IMG/VR virus record: IMGVR_UViG_3300019889_000166
Coordinates: 1,533-65,532 of that record
DNA: 64,000 nucleotides
Reading direction: 5' to 3' (one strand)
DNA from: a virus
Taxonomy: Duplodnaviria; Caudoviricetes
Within the stretch, counting starts at the first letter, position 1; each line of letters starts with the position of its first letter. The position numbers and the translations under genes are program-made. A model generated the notes under the pieces. That model was not told the origin of the DNA. It searched no databases and worked only from the letters and a program-made list of their open reading frames with translations. Shown here in pieces: positions 1 through 7,796 of the stretch.

Positions 1-1
1 G

Positions 2-127
2 TTCTGGGGGAACGTCAGCCTGCTTGAGCAGATGAAGCAGATGGACATCCTCATCCCAATGCTGGAGGACTACCCGGACGCGCCGCGTGGCTTCGACGGC
101 TGGTGGACCTTCAAGGGCAATGCCTAA
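2..127 (+). CDS. 3' end of a CDS truncated by the window edge (hypothetical)
   Basis: Open frame ...FWGNVSLLEQMKQMDILIPMLEDYPDAPRGFDGWWTFKGNA ending TAA at 125-127, GC-rich third positions. Confidence 0.7.
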   Translation, partial: FWGNVSLLEQMKQMDILIPMLEDYPDAPRGFDGWWTFKGNA

Positions 128-141
128 CCGGTTAATCAACT

Positions 142-169
142 TGTAGTCATAATTCTTCTTATATGCGGT
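142..169. other. dif-like (Xer-type) recombination core site candidate
   Basis: TGTAGTCATAA-TTCTTC-TTATATGCGGT: 11-6-11 layout with inner ATAA/TTAT, in an AT-rich intergenic island. Confidence 0.55.
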
Positions 170-192
170 TTGCCGCAGAATCGGAGTCGGAA

Positions 193-495
193 GTGAGCAA
201 GTATGAGATCGATGACGAGGTGATTCGCGGCCTGGTCGACAACCGCGATCTACTGCCGCCCCGCCTGCTGACGGCGGTGGCCGCGCTGGAGGAGCAGATC
301 CCGCTCCCGACGCCGGTGAACGTCGGCGCGGTGGTGCGTACTGAGGGCGGCTTCCGTGGCGGCGTTTACCTGCGCTGGGCGCACGACAACGCCACCCACT
401 CGCCGTGGATCGCGGTCGGCGATCATGAGGAGCCGCACCGGACCGACGAGATCGGCCGCATCGTCGAAGTCTTGGCCGAAGGCGTGGATCTGTGA
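193..495 (+). CDS. hypothetical phage-type protein
   Basis: ORF; GTG start at 193 preferred over ATG 163; stop overlaps next start (GTGA). Confidence 0.7.
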   Translation: MSKYEIDDEVIRGLVDNRDLLPPRLLTAVAALEEQIPLPTPVNVGAVVRTEGGFRGGVYLRWAHDNATHSPWIAVGDHEEPHRTDEIGRIVEVLAEGVDL

Positions 496-944
496 GCGGC
501 CTCCTGAACTACACGACCACGATCCCGGCTGCCAAGACCATCAGCGAGATGCAGGCCCTGCTGGCGAAGGCGGGCGCGGACTCGATCGCGGTGCACTACA
601 CCGAGGGGTCCGCGTCCGGGCTGACGTTCAGCCTGCGCACGAAGTACGGGCCGCAGCTGTTCACGCTCCCGGTGGACGTGCCCGCGGTGCAGAAGGTGCT
701 GGCCGATCAGGGGCCGGCGAGCATGGCGCGGGCGAAGTTCTACAGCCCGGAGCATGCCGAGCGGGTCGCGTGGCGGATCTCGAAGACGTGGCTTGAGTCG
801 CAGCTCGCGCTGGTCTCGGTGCAGATGGCGACAATGGATCAGGTGATGTTGCCGTACCTGCACGTCCGACCCAACTTGACGATGTACGCGGCCTACCAGG
901 AGCAGCAGGACGTGCTGGCGCTGACGGATGGGCAGGAGTCGTGA
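492..944 (+). CDS. conserved phage hypothetical protein
   Basis: 150 aa ORF, GTGA overlaps both sides, motif AERVAWRI..W..SQ.A...QVMLPY. Confidence 0.8.
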   Translation: MSGLLNYTTTIPAAKTISEMQALLAKAGADSIAVHYTEGSASGLTFSLRTKYGPQLFTLPVDVPAVQKVLADQGPASMARAKFYSPEHAERVAWRISKTWLESQLALVSVQMATMDQVMLPYLHVRPNLTMYAAYQEQQDVLALTDGQES

Positions 945-1432
945 GCGGCTGGGAGAAGTACGTCGAGCAGGCGGCGGTGTCGCTTGACCCGGCCGCGTTC
1001 GATCGGACCATCGAGAACCACGGCGGGTACATCCGCCAGTTCCGGCGAGACCGCGCCACCGAGTTGGCCCGGGGCGTCCTCGCCGCTGTCGGCCCGCTGA
1101 TCGCGGAGGACGCCCGGGAGCGCATGGTCGCGGCGGCGGCGAGGGTGTTGAAGCGGGAGGGCTGTGAGGATGCGGCGGACAGGGCGCGCCGCGAGTACGC
1201 CGCGATGGACGACCGGCACCTGAACTCCTGCATCTGGATCGACCCGGGCCGCCAGGTCGGCGTGGCTTGCTTCGGCGGTACGCGCGTCCCAGTCGATCCG
1301 TTCATGGCGATCGTCGAGGAGGCGGGCGAGGATGCCGCGCGGGCCCTTTGGCCGTCGGTCACGGAGGCGCACGTTGCCGCTGGCAAGCTGTGGCGCGCCC
1401 GGTACCACGAGTGGCTGCGAGGCGCGCGATGA
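941..1432 (+). CDS. DUF433-like domain protein
   Basis: IWIDPGRQVGVACFGGTRVPV resembles the DUF433 signature; coupled to neighbours. Confidence 0.6.
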   Translation: MSGWEKYVEQAAVSLDPAAFDRTIENHGGYIRQFRRDRATELARGVLAAVGPLIAEDARERMVAAAARVLKREGCEDAADRARREYAAMDDRHLNSCIWIDPGRQVGVACFGGTRVPVDPFMAIVEEAGEDAARALWPSVTEAHVAAGKLWRARYHEWLRGAR

Positions 1433-2385
1433 CCGATCTAGTCCCGATCACGAGCCTGTCCGACGAGGTCTCGCAGTACGGCCCAACCCGCCGCGTGCAG
1501 GTGCTGGTCGCGGCCTGGCTCGCCTCCTTCAACGCGGTCAACACGCAGAAGGCGTACGCGCGGGACATGAAGATGTGGCTGCGGTTCTGCGAGGAGGCCG
1601 ACGTCGACCCGCTGGCGGTGCTCAGGGTGCATGTCGATGCGTGGAAGCAGCGCGGTGCCGGGTTCGACGCGCCCAAGCCACACCCGCCGTCCGTCGCCCG
1701 CCGCCTGTCCGCCGTGTCCAGTTGGTACGAGTACCTGGTGCAGGAGGAGGTGCTGGACCGGTCGCCCGCGGCGCACGTGAAGCGCCCGAAGGTCGACAAC
1801 CGGCACTCGACGACGTTCGGGCTCGACGAGCACGAGGCGCGGGCCGTGATCAAGGCAGCCGGCGAGTGCGGGCTGCGGGAGTTGGCGGTGGTGTCGGTGC
1901 TGTTGTTGACGGGGATCCGGAACAGCGAGCTGGTGGAGTCGGACGTCGAGGACCTCGGCCATGAGCGCGGCCACTTCACGTTGGATGTGACGCGGAAGGG
2001 CGGCGCGAAGCAGCGGATCGTGTTGACGCTGGCTGCGGTCGCTGCCCTGGAGGTGTACCTCGCGGATCGGAAGTCGGGCCCGTTGATCGTGACGCGGACG
2101 GGTGCGCGGATTTCGCGGGAGCAGGTGGCGCGGATCGTGCGGAAGGTCGCGATCGCGGCGAAGGTGCCGCACGCCGACAAGGTGTCGCCTCACTCGTTGC
2201 GGCATGCGTTCGTCACGCTGTCGATGGATGCTGGGGCGATGGTTGAGGATGTGCAGGACGCGGTGGGGCATCAGTCGTTGGATACGACGATGCGGTACAA
2301 GCGGAACCGGGGCCGACTGGAGAGGTTCCCGGGCGACAAGCTGGCACGGTTCGTGCTCGGCGGCGATGAGGAGACGGCATCGTGA
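1429..2385 (+). CDS. XerC/D-like tyrosine recombinase
   Basis: LLTGIRNSEL (catalytic R), TRKGG (K), SPHSLRHAF (HxxR), VGHQSLDTTMRY (H,Y); N-terminal NTQKAY..D SAM-like domain; ATG 1429 overlaps upstream stop. Confidence 0.95.
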   Translation: MTDLVPITSLSDEVSQYGPTRRVQVLVAAWLASFNAVNTQKAYARDMKMWLRFCEEADVDPLAVLRVHVDAWKQRGAGFDAPKPHPPSVARRLSAVSSWYEYLVQEEVLDRSPAAHVKRPKVDNRHSTTFGLDEHEARAVIKAAGECGLRELAVVSVLLLTGIRNSELVESDVEDLGHERGHFTLDVTRKGGAKQRIVLTLAAVAALEVYLADRKSGPLIVTRTGARISREQVARIVRKVAIAAKVPHADKVSPHSLRHAFVTLSMDAGAMVEDVQDAVGHQSLDTTMRYKRNRGRLERFPGDKLARFVLGGDEETAS

Positions 2386-2648
2386 GTGAGCAACTGGACG
2401 CCCTCGCGGGCTACTTCGACGCCATGGCGCAACAGCGCCTCGAAGACTCCGCGCGCCTGGCCAGCACCTTCACCGAGCGCGAACTGCTGCTGATCAAGGA
2501 GGCCGCAGTCATGGGCTATGTGCAGGGCGGGATGGGAGGCGGTCATCACGGCAACATCCCGCACGACAGAGACATCCTCCAAGAGGTCCTACTCGCCTGC
2601 AAGCAGCACCCGGACCTGTACCCGACCATCACCGGGGAGCCATCGTGA
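2382..2648 (+). CDS. hypothetical protein
   Basis: ORF with GTGA overlaps on both sides. Confidence 0.75.
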   Translation: MSEQLDALAGYFDAMAQQRLEDSARLASTFTERELLLIKEAAVMGYVQGGMGGGHHGNIPHDRDILQEVLLACKQHPDLYPTITGEPS

Positions 2649-2926
2649 GCGAACCAGCGATCAACATCATCGCCAACGACATCCCGTACTTCAGCGGCGA
2701 GACCAACCCGCTGAAGGCGCTCGAGTCCTCGGTGACGTTCTCCAGCATGGACTGGGGCGAGGCCCGCGACACGGCGTGGATCTACGGCATCGTGTGTGGC
2801 TGGGATGAGGATGACCCGGAGGAGGAGGGGGCGATGCCGGAGGTGGCTGCCAAGTTCGGCTGGACCGATGAGCAGGTGGCGCGCCTGCGGGGACTCCACG
2901 CCGAGTTCATCAGGATGGCCGAGTGA
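2645..2926 (+). CDS. hypothetical protein
   Basis: ORF with overlapping start/stop; AWIYGIVCGWD motif. Confidence 0.75.
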   Translation: MSEPAINIIANDIPYFSGETNPLKALESSVTFSSMDWGEARDTAWIYGIVCGWDEDDPEEEGAMPEVAAKFGWTDEQVARLRGLHAEFIRMAE

Positions 2927-3330
2927 CGATGCGTCTACTCCCCAGCAGGAACGACCTGCCCCTGCTGTGGGATGGGCGGGTCGTAGAGTGGCGCGGCTGG
3001 TCGGACGGTACGACGACCATGGCGCTGCACAATCCGAAGGAGCGCTGCACCGGGTGCGGATCCAGCGCTGAGCCAGCGATCAACGCCGGGATCATGGACG
3101 CCAAGCAAGGCGAGATGGTCGAGCACGAGCCGCTGAAGAAGACCAAGTCCGGCCGCACGTACCGAGGTCGGACCATCCTCGTTCCCGCCAATCGCTGGGC
3201 GAGGCTGTTCGCCTTCCGATGCCCGGACTGCCAGCAGGACGAGGTGTGGGACAAGGATGCCGACGAGTGGTGGACGCTGGACGAGTCCGACTACGGCAGC
3301 GATGGATCGACCGACCCGCGCCTGTTCTAG
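2923..3330 (+). CDS. hypothetical zinc-ribbon protein
   Basis: CxxC pairs CTGC and CPDC; last gene of coupled + operon. Confidence 0.75.
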   Translation: MTMRLLPSRNDLPLLWDGRVVEWRGWSDGTTTMALHNPKERCTGCGSSAEPAINAGIMDAKQGEMVEHEPLKKTKSGRTYRGRTILVPANRWARLFAFRCPDCQQDEVWDKDADEWWTLDESDYGSDGSTDPRLF

Positions 3331-4145
3331 CCCTCGCTGAGGTCGAGCTCCACCTCGTAGTGCAGCACGGCGCGATCCCCCGGCGAGATGACCCGTGACG
3401 CTTCGACGGGCCGCTCCCCCACCCAGAACACCCGGACCATCGAGATCACCGGTCCGGGTGTTTCCATGCGCAGCGCCTTGCGTTCGTCGTCGCGGGGCAT
3501 CCGGGCTTCCGCGTCGTGCGTCACCCGGGTGACTTCGAGCCCGAGGGAGAACAGTTCGGCGATGGTGCCGCCGGGCCAGGGCTGCTGGCCGGGGTCGATG
3601 AGCGGGGTTCCGCCGGCGAGCTTCCACGGGATCGCGGAGCGTTGCAGCTCCATGGGCTGGCCTTTGGCGTACTTCACGAACCGGCGGCGGAGGAGGTCGG
3701 AGCCTTCTGGGAGGAGGAGGCGGCGGGCGTCTTCGGCGGTGGCGGGTTCTTTGGTGACGTGGGCGTCGACGGTGTACTGCGGCCAGCTGATGCCGTGGTC
3801 TTCGGTGAACGCGGAGGTGAGCGGGTGGGGCTCGCCTGACTTGAGGAGGCGGAGGGTGCGGCCGTAGCGCTCAGCGTCGATGGGGCGTTGAGGGGGCGTA
3901 TCCCGGACGCGGGTTGCCGCGCCGCTGCGCTTGACGATCAGGGCTTCGCTTTCGAGGATGCCGAGCGCGTCGCGGATCGAGCCTCGGGACAGCCCGGTGC
4001 CTTCCATCATCTCGGCCTCGCTGGGGAGTTCCTCACCGGGGGTGAGCCTGCCGTCGTCGATCGCTTCGCGCAGGGACGCGGCTAGCTGACGGTACTTGGG
4101 CAGCTGCGCGTGGTGGTCGATCAGCGCGGTGAGGTCGATCGGCAT
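3327..4145 (-). CDS. GntR family regulator with UTRA domain (HutC subfamily; Kor/TraR-like)
   Basis: PKYRQLA..LR..I..G.L.PGEELPSE...SRGSIRDAL wHTH plus UTRA-like C-terminus; divergent from transfer genes; -10-like TACGCT 6 nt before ATG (leaderless). Confidence 0.92.
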   Translation of the reverse strand: MPIDLTALIDHHAQLPKYRQLAASLREAIDDGRLTPGEELPSEAEMMEGTGLSRGSIRDALGILESEALIVKRSGAATRVRDTPPQRPIDAERYGRTLRLLKSGEPHPLTSAFTEDHGISWPQYTVDAHVTKEPATAEDARRLLLPEGSDLLRRRFVKYAKGQPMELQRSAIPWKLAGGTPLIDPGQQPWPGGTIAELFSLGLEVTRVTHDAEARMPRDDERKALRMETPGPVISMVRVFWVGERPVEASRVISPGDRAVLHYEVELDLSEG

Positions 4146-4175
4146 GTGCTCAGCGTAACGGTCGGGGGCGGCGTG

Positions 4176-4547
4176 TCATTGCCACGCCTCACGCCAGTTC
4201 GGTCTGTCCCGGTGGACGGATGCGAGTTGCCGTACCACCGCCCAGGCCAGAATGCGCTCACCGAGGCGCTCGGGGTCCTTGTTCTCCAGGACGATGCTGC
4301 ATTCAGCCAAGATCGCCCGGTCGGCTGCGATCCGGGCCAGATCCTCAGTGGGCGTAGGCGGGCCAGGCATGTCCCAACCAGCCTGGAACTCGCCGCCGCG
4401 TCGGAGTTGCAGCATCCAACGAAGTTCGAGGTCTCCGCTGGCCGCTGTCGCGCTGCATGCGTCGATCGCTGTTTGCGCCTCCACGCATGCCCGCTGCCGC
4501 TCGTCCCAGATCGCGGTGAGCCACGCGGCGATGTCATCGGTCTGCAT
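4176..4547 (-). CDS. DUF6221-like actinobacterial protein
   Basis: DDIAAWL...LARIAADRAILAE...VRQLASVHRDRPNWREAW pattern; TAAGGT 6 nt before ATG. Confidence 0.7.
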   Translation of the reverse strand: MQTDDIAAWLTAIWDERQRACVEAQTAIDACSATAASGDLELRWMLQLRRGGEFQAGWDMPGPPTPTEDLARIAADRAILAECSIVLENKDPERLGERILAWAVVRQLASVHRDRPNWREAWQ

Positions 4548-4588
4548 GCCTAGACCTTACCCGCGAAACGCCGTGGAATGTTGACATG

Positions 4589-4617
4589 TTGACCTGTCTG
4601 TATAGGTGGCTTACCGT
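4589..4617 (+). promoter_or_regulatory. sigma70-type promoter of the transfer operon with overlapping GntR/HutC-type operator
   Basis: TTGACC-N17-TACCGT; imperfect palindrome ACCTGTCTGTATAGGT at 4592-4607. Confidence 0.65.
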
Positions 4618-4670
4618 AGGGGACTACGCGCGCGCAGTGCGCGTATGTGCGCGGGAGAGAGAGGCTCGGG

Positions 4671-4925
4671 ATGGCTCACCAGCAGCGGCTCAAACTGACG
4701 CTCCGCAACGTCGTGAACGACCGCACCTGGACCGGAAAGACCTACACCCGCGAGATCACCGCCGACCCCGACGACCACGCCGTCATCCGCGACTACCTCG
4801 AGCAGATGGCCCGCAGTCTCGACCACCGCACCGGTGAGCCGTGGTGGCGCGTCCAGTACGAGGTCCGCGTCGAAGGTCTCGACGAGACGTGGCGCGAGCT
4901 CACCGTCCCGGGCGCGGCGCTCTGA
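4671..4925 (+). CDS. hypothetical protein, first gene of transfer operon
   Basis: ATG 4671 after GAGAGAGG; TGATG overlap with next gene. Confidence 0.75.
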   Translation: MAHQQRLKLTLRNVVNDRTWTGKTYTREITADPDDHAVIRDYLEQMARSLDHRTGEPWWRVQYEVRVEGLDETWRELTVPGAAL

Positions 4926-5200
4926 TGGCCGCCGAGGTGGTCCAGTTCGAGCGGCCGGAGCCGAAGCCGACGCGCGCGGAGAACGCGCACAAGAAGCGGC
5001 GGCTGGAGATCATCGGCAAGCGCATGGCGACGGCGTCCAGCCCCCGCGAAAAACTCGACGTCGCGCTCGACTACTTCCGGGCGACGGCCGCCGACCACCA
5101 CGTGAACCAGGCCAAGGCCGGGATTGCCACCGAACACCTCGCCGACCGGCTGATCGCCTCGGCCGACCAACTCGCGAACACGATCCGGAGGAACCGATGA
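4925..5200 (+). CDS. hypothetical helical protein
   Basis: MAAEVVQFERP...; coupled both sides. Confidence 0.75.
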   Translation: MAAEVVQFERPEPKPTRAENAHKKRRLEIIGKRMATASSPREKLDVALDYFRATAADHHVNQAKAGIATEHLADRLIASADQLANTIRRNR

Positions 5201-5568
5201 GCGCCATCGAAACCACTGACGGCCGCGCGCAGGACGTTGTCCGGCCGGTCGCCACCATCACCACGCTCCCCCGCGCCACGCCTGATCTCGCGCCGCTGCC
5301 GATCCCGACCCTGGCGCAGGTGGGTGACCTGATCTGCCCGCCTGACCTGTGGTCCGACGACCGGCCCAGCCTGCGGAAGGTGTGGCTGTACGGCGTCTAC
5401 GGACGCTGGACAGCTGCCGACGGGTTCTGGCGTTACGCCGGCGCCACCTTCGCGACCGTGATGCTCGTGCCCATCGGCGTTCTCTACCTCCTGGCGTGGA
5501 TCCTCGAACGACCCTCCCGCGTCGCCGTAGTCGCTGTCCTGTACGGCCTGTACCGACTCGCCTTCTAA
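5197..5568 (+). CDS. membrane protein, spread (Spd)-like
   Basis: ATG after GGAGG; two C-terminal hydrophobic segments. Confidence 0.7.
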   Translation: MSAIETTDGRAQDVVRPVATITTLPRATPDLAPLPIPTLAQVGDLICPPDLWSDDRPSLRKVWLYGVYGRWTAADGFWRYAGATFATVMLVPIGVLYLLAWILERPSRVAVVAVLYGLYRLAF

Positions 5569-5585
5569 CGGAAAGGAATCTGACC

Positions 5586-6029
5586 ATGACGCTCACGCTG
5601 GGCGGCATCGCAGCAGTCGCCCTTGCCATCGCGCTCACCTTCATGTTCAAGAAGATGGCTAAGCGCGCCACCGTCTACCTGATGCTGATCGCCGGGGTCG
5701 CCGGGATCGGCGGGATCCTCGGCTCGATCGTGGACCGGATCGTCAACAGTGCTGTCGGTGGTGCGGCCTCCGCGACTGAGCGGCTGTCCGGGCAGGCGAT
5801 CGGTGGCTTCATCATCATCGCTGTCATGTCGATCGCGCTGTGGCCGCACGTCAAGCCGAAGGGCCAGCCGCCGACGAGGCTCACGCCGTGGATCGCGTTC
5901 GTCTACGGCGCTGTCCTGTACGCGGTCGGTGGGGTCTTCTCCGAGCTGGCCGGGCTGTCAACGAACATCGTCGCGCAGGGCGCGAACTTCCTGCTCTCCG
6001 GCGCTACGGCGTTCATCCAGGGGTTCTGA
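5586..6029 (+). CDS. four-TM membrane protein, spread (Spd)-like
   Basis: SD GGAAAGGA; four hydrophobic helices. Confidence 0.75.
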   Translation: MTLTLGGIAAVALAIALTFMFKKMAKRATVYLMLIAGVAGIGGILGSIVDRIVNSAVGGAASATERLSGQAIGGFIIIAVMSIALWPHVKPKGQPPTRLTPWIAFVYGAVLYAVGGVFSELAGLSTNIVAQGANFLLSGATAFIQGF

Positions 6030-6032
6030 CTG

Positions 6033-6722
6033 ATGCGCCGCTTCCTGCTCTGGCTCGGGCTCACCGTGGTGACGGTTGCCGCCGTGGCCGCGTCGTTCTC
6101 GACGTTGGCGGGGCTGGCGGCGTTCACCGGGTGGGGTGAGCGGCTGTCGTGGCTGCTCCCGGCGTCGCTGGATGCGTTGGGCATGACGGCGTGCCTCGTG
6201 TGGCTCGACAGTGCGGCTGCGGAGAAGACCCGGACCTATGCCCGCTGGATGACGTGGGGTGCGGCGGGGCTGAGCATCGTCGGCAACGGTGTCGGGCATC
6301 TCGCCTCGACCGGGCATCTGACCCAGGGCCTGCTGCTCGTCGTCCTCGTCGGTGCCGTCCCGCCGGCTGCTCTGGCTACGACGGTCCACCTGATCGTCCT
6401 CGTCTCGTCCTCCGAGCCCGTCCCGGACGCAGCTCCCGTCCCGGCCGAGGAGTCTGTCCCCCTCCCCGTCCCGACCAAGGTGGTCGCCAAGCCGTCCCCG
6501 AAGAAGCCGCCAGCGAAGAGGGCGGCCCCGAAGCCGTCCCCGTCCCCGGACGAGACCGTCAACGATGTCGAGCTCCAAGGGGCGCGGCATGCGGACCGGG
6601 CGTACCGGGCCGCGAACGACAACAAGCCGATCACCCGTGACGCCCTGAAGGCCGCGCTCGCTCCGTGCGGGACGACGAAGGCGACGGCACTGCTGGCGGC
6701 ATTGAAGAGGGAGGCAGCCTGA
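6033..6722 (+). CDS. DUF2637/Spd-type membrane protein with C-terminal HTH-like region
   Basis: AASFSTL..LA...GW...SWLLP..LD...SIVGN..GH...AVPP four-TM pattern, Pro/Lys linker, ITRDALKAAL..GTTKA tail. Confidence 0.75.
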   Translation: MRRFLLWLGLTVVTVAAVAASFSTLAGLAAFTGWGERLSWLLPASLDALGMTACLVWLDSAAAEKTRTYARWMTWGAAGLSIVGNGVGHLASTGHLTQGLLLVVLVGAVPPAALATTVHLIVLVSSSEPVPDAAPVPAEESVPLPVPTKVVAKPSPKKPPAKRAAPKPSPSPDETVNDVELQGARHADRAYRAANDNKPITRDALKAALAPCGTTKATALLAALKREAA

Positions 6723-7627
6723 TGGAGATCCTGATCGTGGCGATGATCATGACCGTGGTCGTGAAGCGGGGCGTCGAGGACGTCTGGCACACGGCTCGGG
6801 GCGGCACTCCGCCGCGGTATGCGGCAGCGTCGGCCCGGCGCAAGTCCGGTGCGGCTGGCCGGTACTGGGGCCAGCTGTGGGACGACACGTGGTCGGACTT
6901 GCTGACGAGGCACAACGACCGCCGCTCCCCCACTGCCTCGTCTCGTCCTCGCGGCGCGGCCACCGTCTTCCTGTCGAACCTGTGGCGGGACGGCTGGGTC
7001 GCGGCCGAGCGGAGTCGGTCCTCGAAGGCGACCCGTCCTCGTCCCGGGCAGCAGACCGTCCCGGGGACCGTCGTCCCCAATGCCGGGGACCGTCCTGAGG
7101 ACGGGGACGGGGACGGGACGGGGACGGTCCCGCAGGACGAAGCGGTCTCCGTCCCGGACGAGGACGAGGACGGACCCCAGGACGGTCCCGAGGACGAGGA
7201 CCGGCAGCAGGACGAGGACGAGCAGGACGACAAGCAGGACGACCCCGACTCCGGACCGGACTCCGGGCCGGACCAAGACATCACTCCCCCCGCCACACCC
7301 ACCACGGAAGGACCCACCACCATGAGCATCACCATCCCCAGCGCCGACACCGAAGGATTCGAGCCCACCATCAACTGGGGCGAGACCTCCGCCCAGGGGT
7401 ACCGCGCCATGATCGGCCAGGTCGAACTCGCCATCTCCAAGCTGAGGAACGCCGAGGTGACCGACGAGGGCATCTACGCCGACCTCACCGACGTGATGGA
7501 CATGACGTCTGGGGCGGCCCGGGCAATGGACAACGCCATGACCAAACTCGCAGCGCACCGCATCGTGGCCGAGGCGCTCCACGCCGCCCCGGGTGCAGGC
7601 AAGAAGGAGTTCATGCTGCAGGGCTGA
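6722..7627 (+). CDS. transfer-associated protein (N-terminal TM, acidic low-complexity linker, helical C-terminal domain)
   Basis: ATG 6722 overlaps upstream stop; internal GGAAGGA..ATG at 7322 in frame. Confidence 0.75.
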   Translation: MEILIVAMIMTVVVKRGVEDVWHTARGGTPPRYAAASARRKSGAAGRYWGQLWDDTWSDLLTRHNDRRSPTASSRPRGAATVFLSNLWRDGWVAAERSRSSKATRPRPGQQTVPGTVVPNAGDRPEDGDGDGTGTVPQDEAVSVPDEDEDGPQDGPEDEDRQQDEDEQDDKQDDPDSGPDSGPDQDITPPATPTTEGPTTMSITIPSADTEGFEPTINWGETSAQGYRAMIGQVELAISKLRNAEVTDEGIYADLTDVMDMTSGAARAMDNAMTKLAAHRIVAEALHAAPGAGKKEFMLQG

Positions 7628-7640
7628 CCAACGACCAAGG

Positions 7641-7675
7641 GCGCCCCGGGCCGGTCAGTCCGGTCCGGGGCGTTT
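7641..7675 (+). terminator. stem-loop upstream of traB
   Basis: GCGCCCCGGGCCGG-TCAGT-CCGGTCCGGGGCGT followed by TT. Confidence 0.6.
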
Positions 7676-7796
7676 GACATGCCGGGAGGGGTCGCGTACG
7701 CGCGCACGTGCGCGCAGCCGCACCTTGGGCGGCATTCGGATGACTCGCAGGAACCGGACTCCGGACCGGACCGGACTATCAGGAAGGGGCACGTGA

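Noticed and set aside
941-1432. DUF433-PIN toxin-antitoxin pair
   Set aside because: No adjacent PIN-like gene
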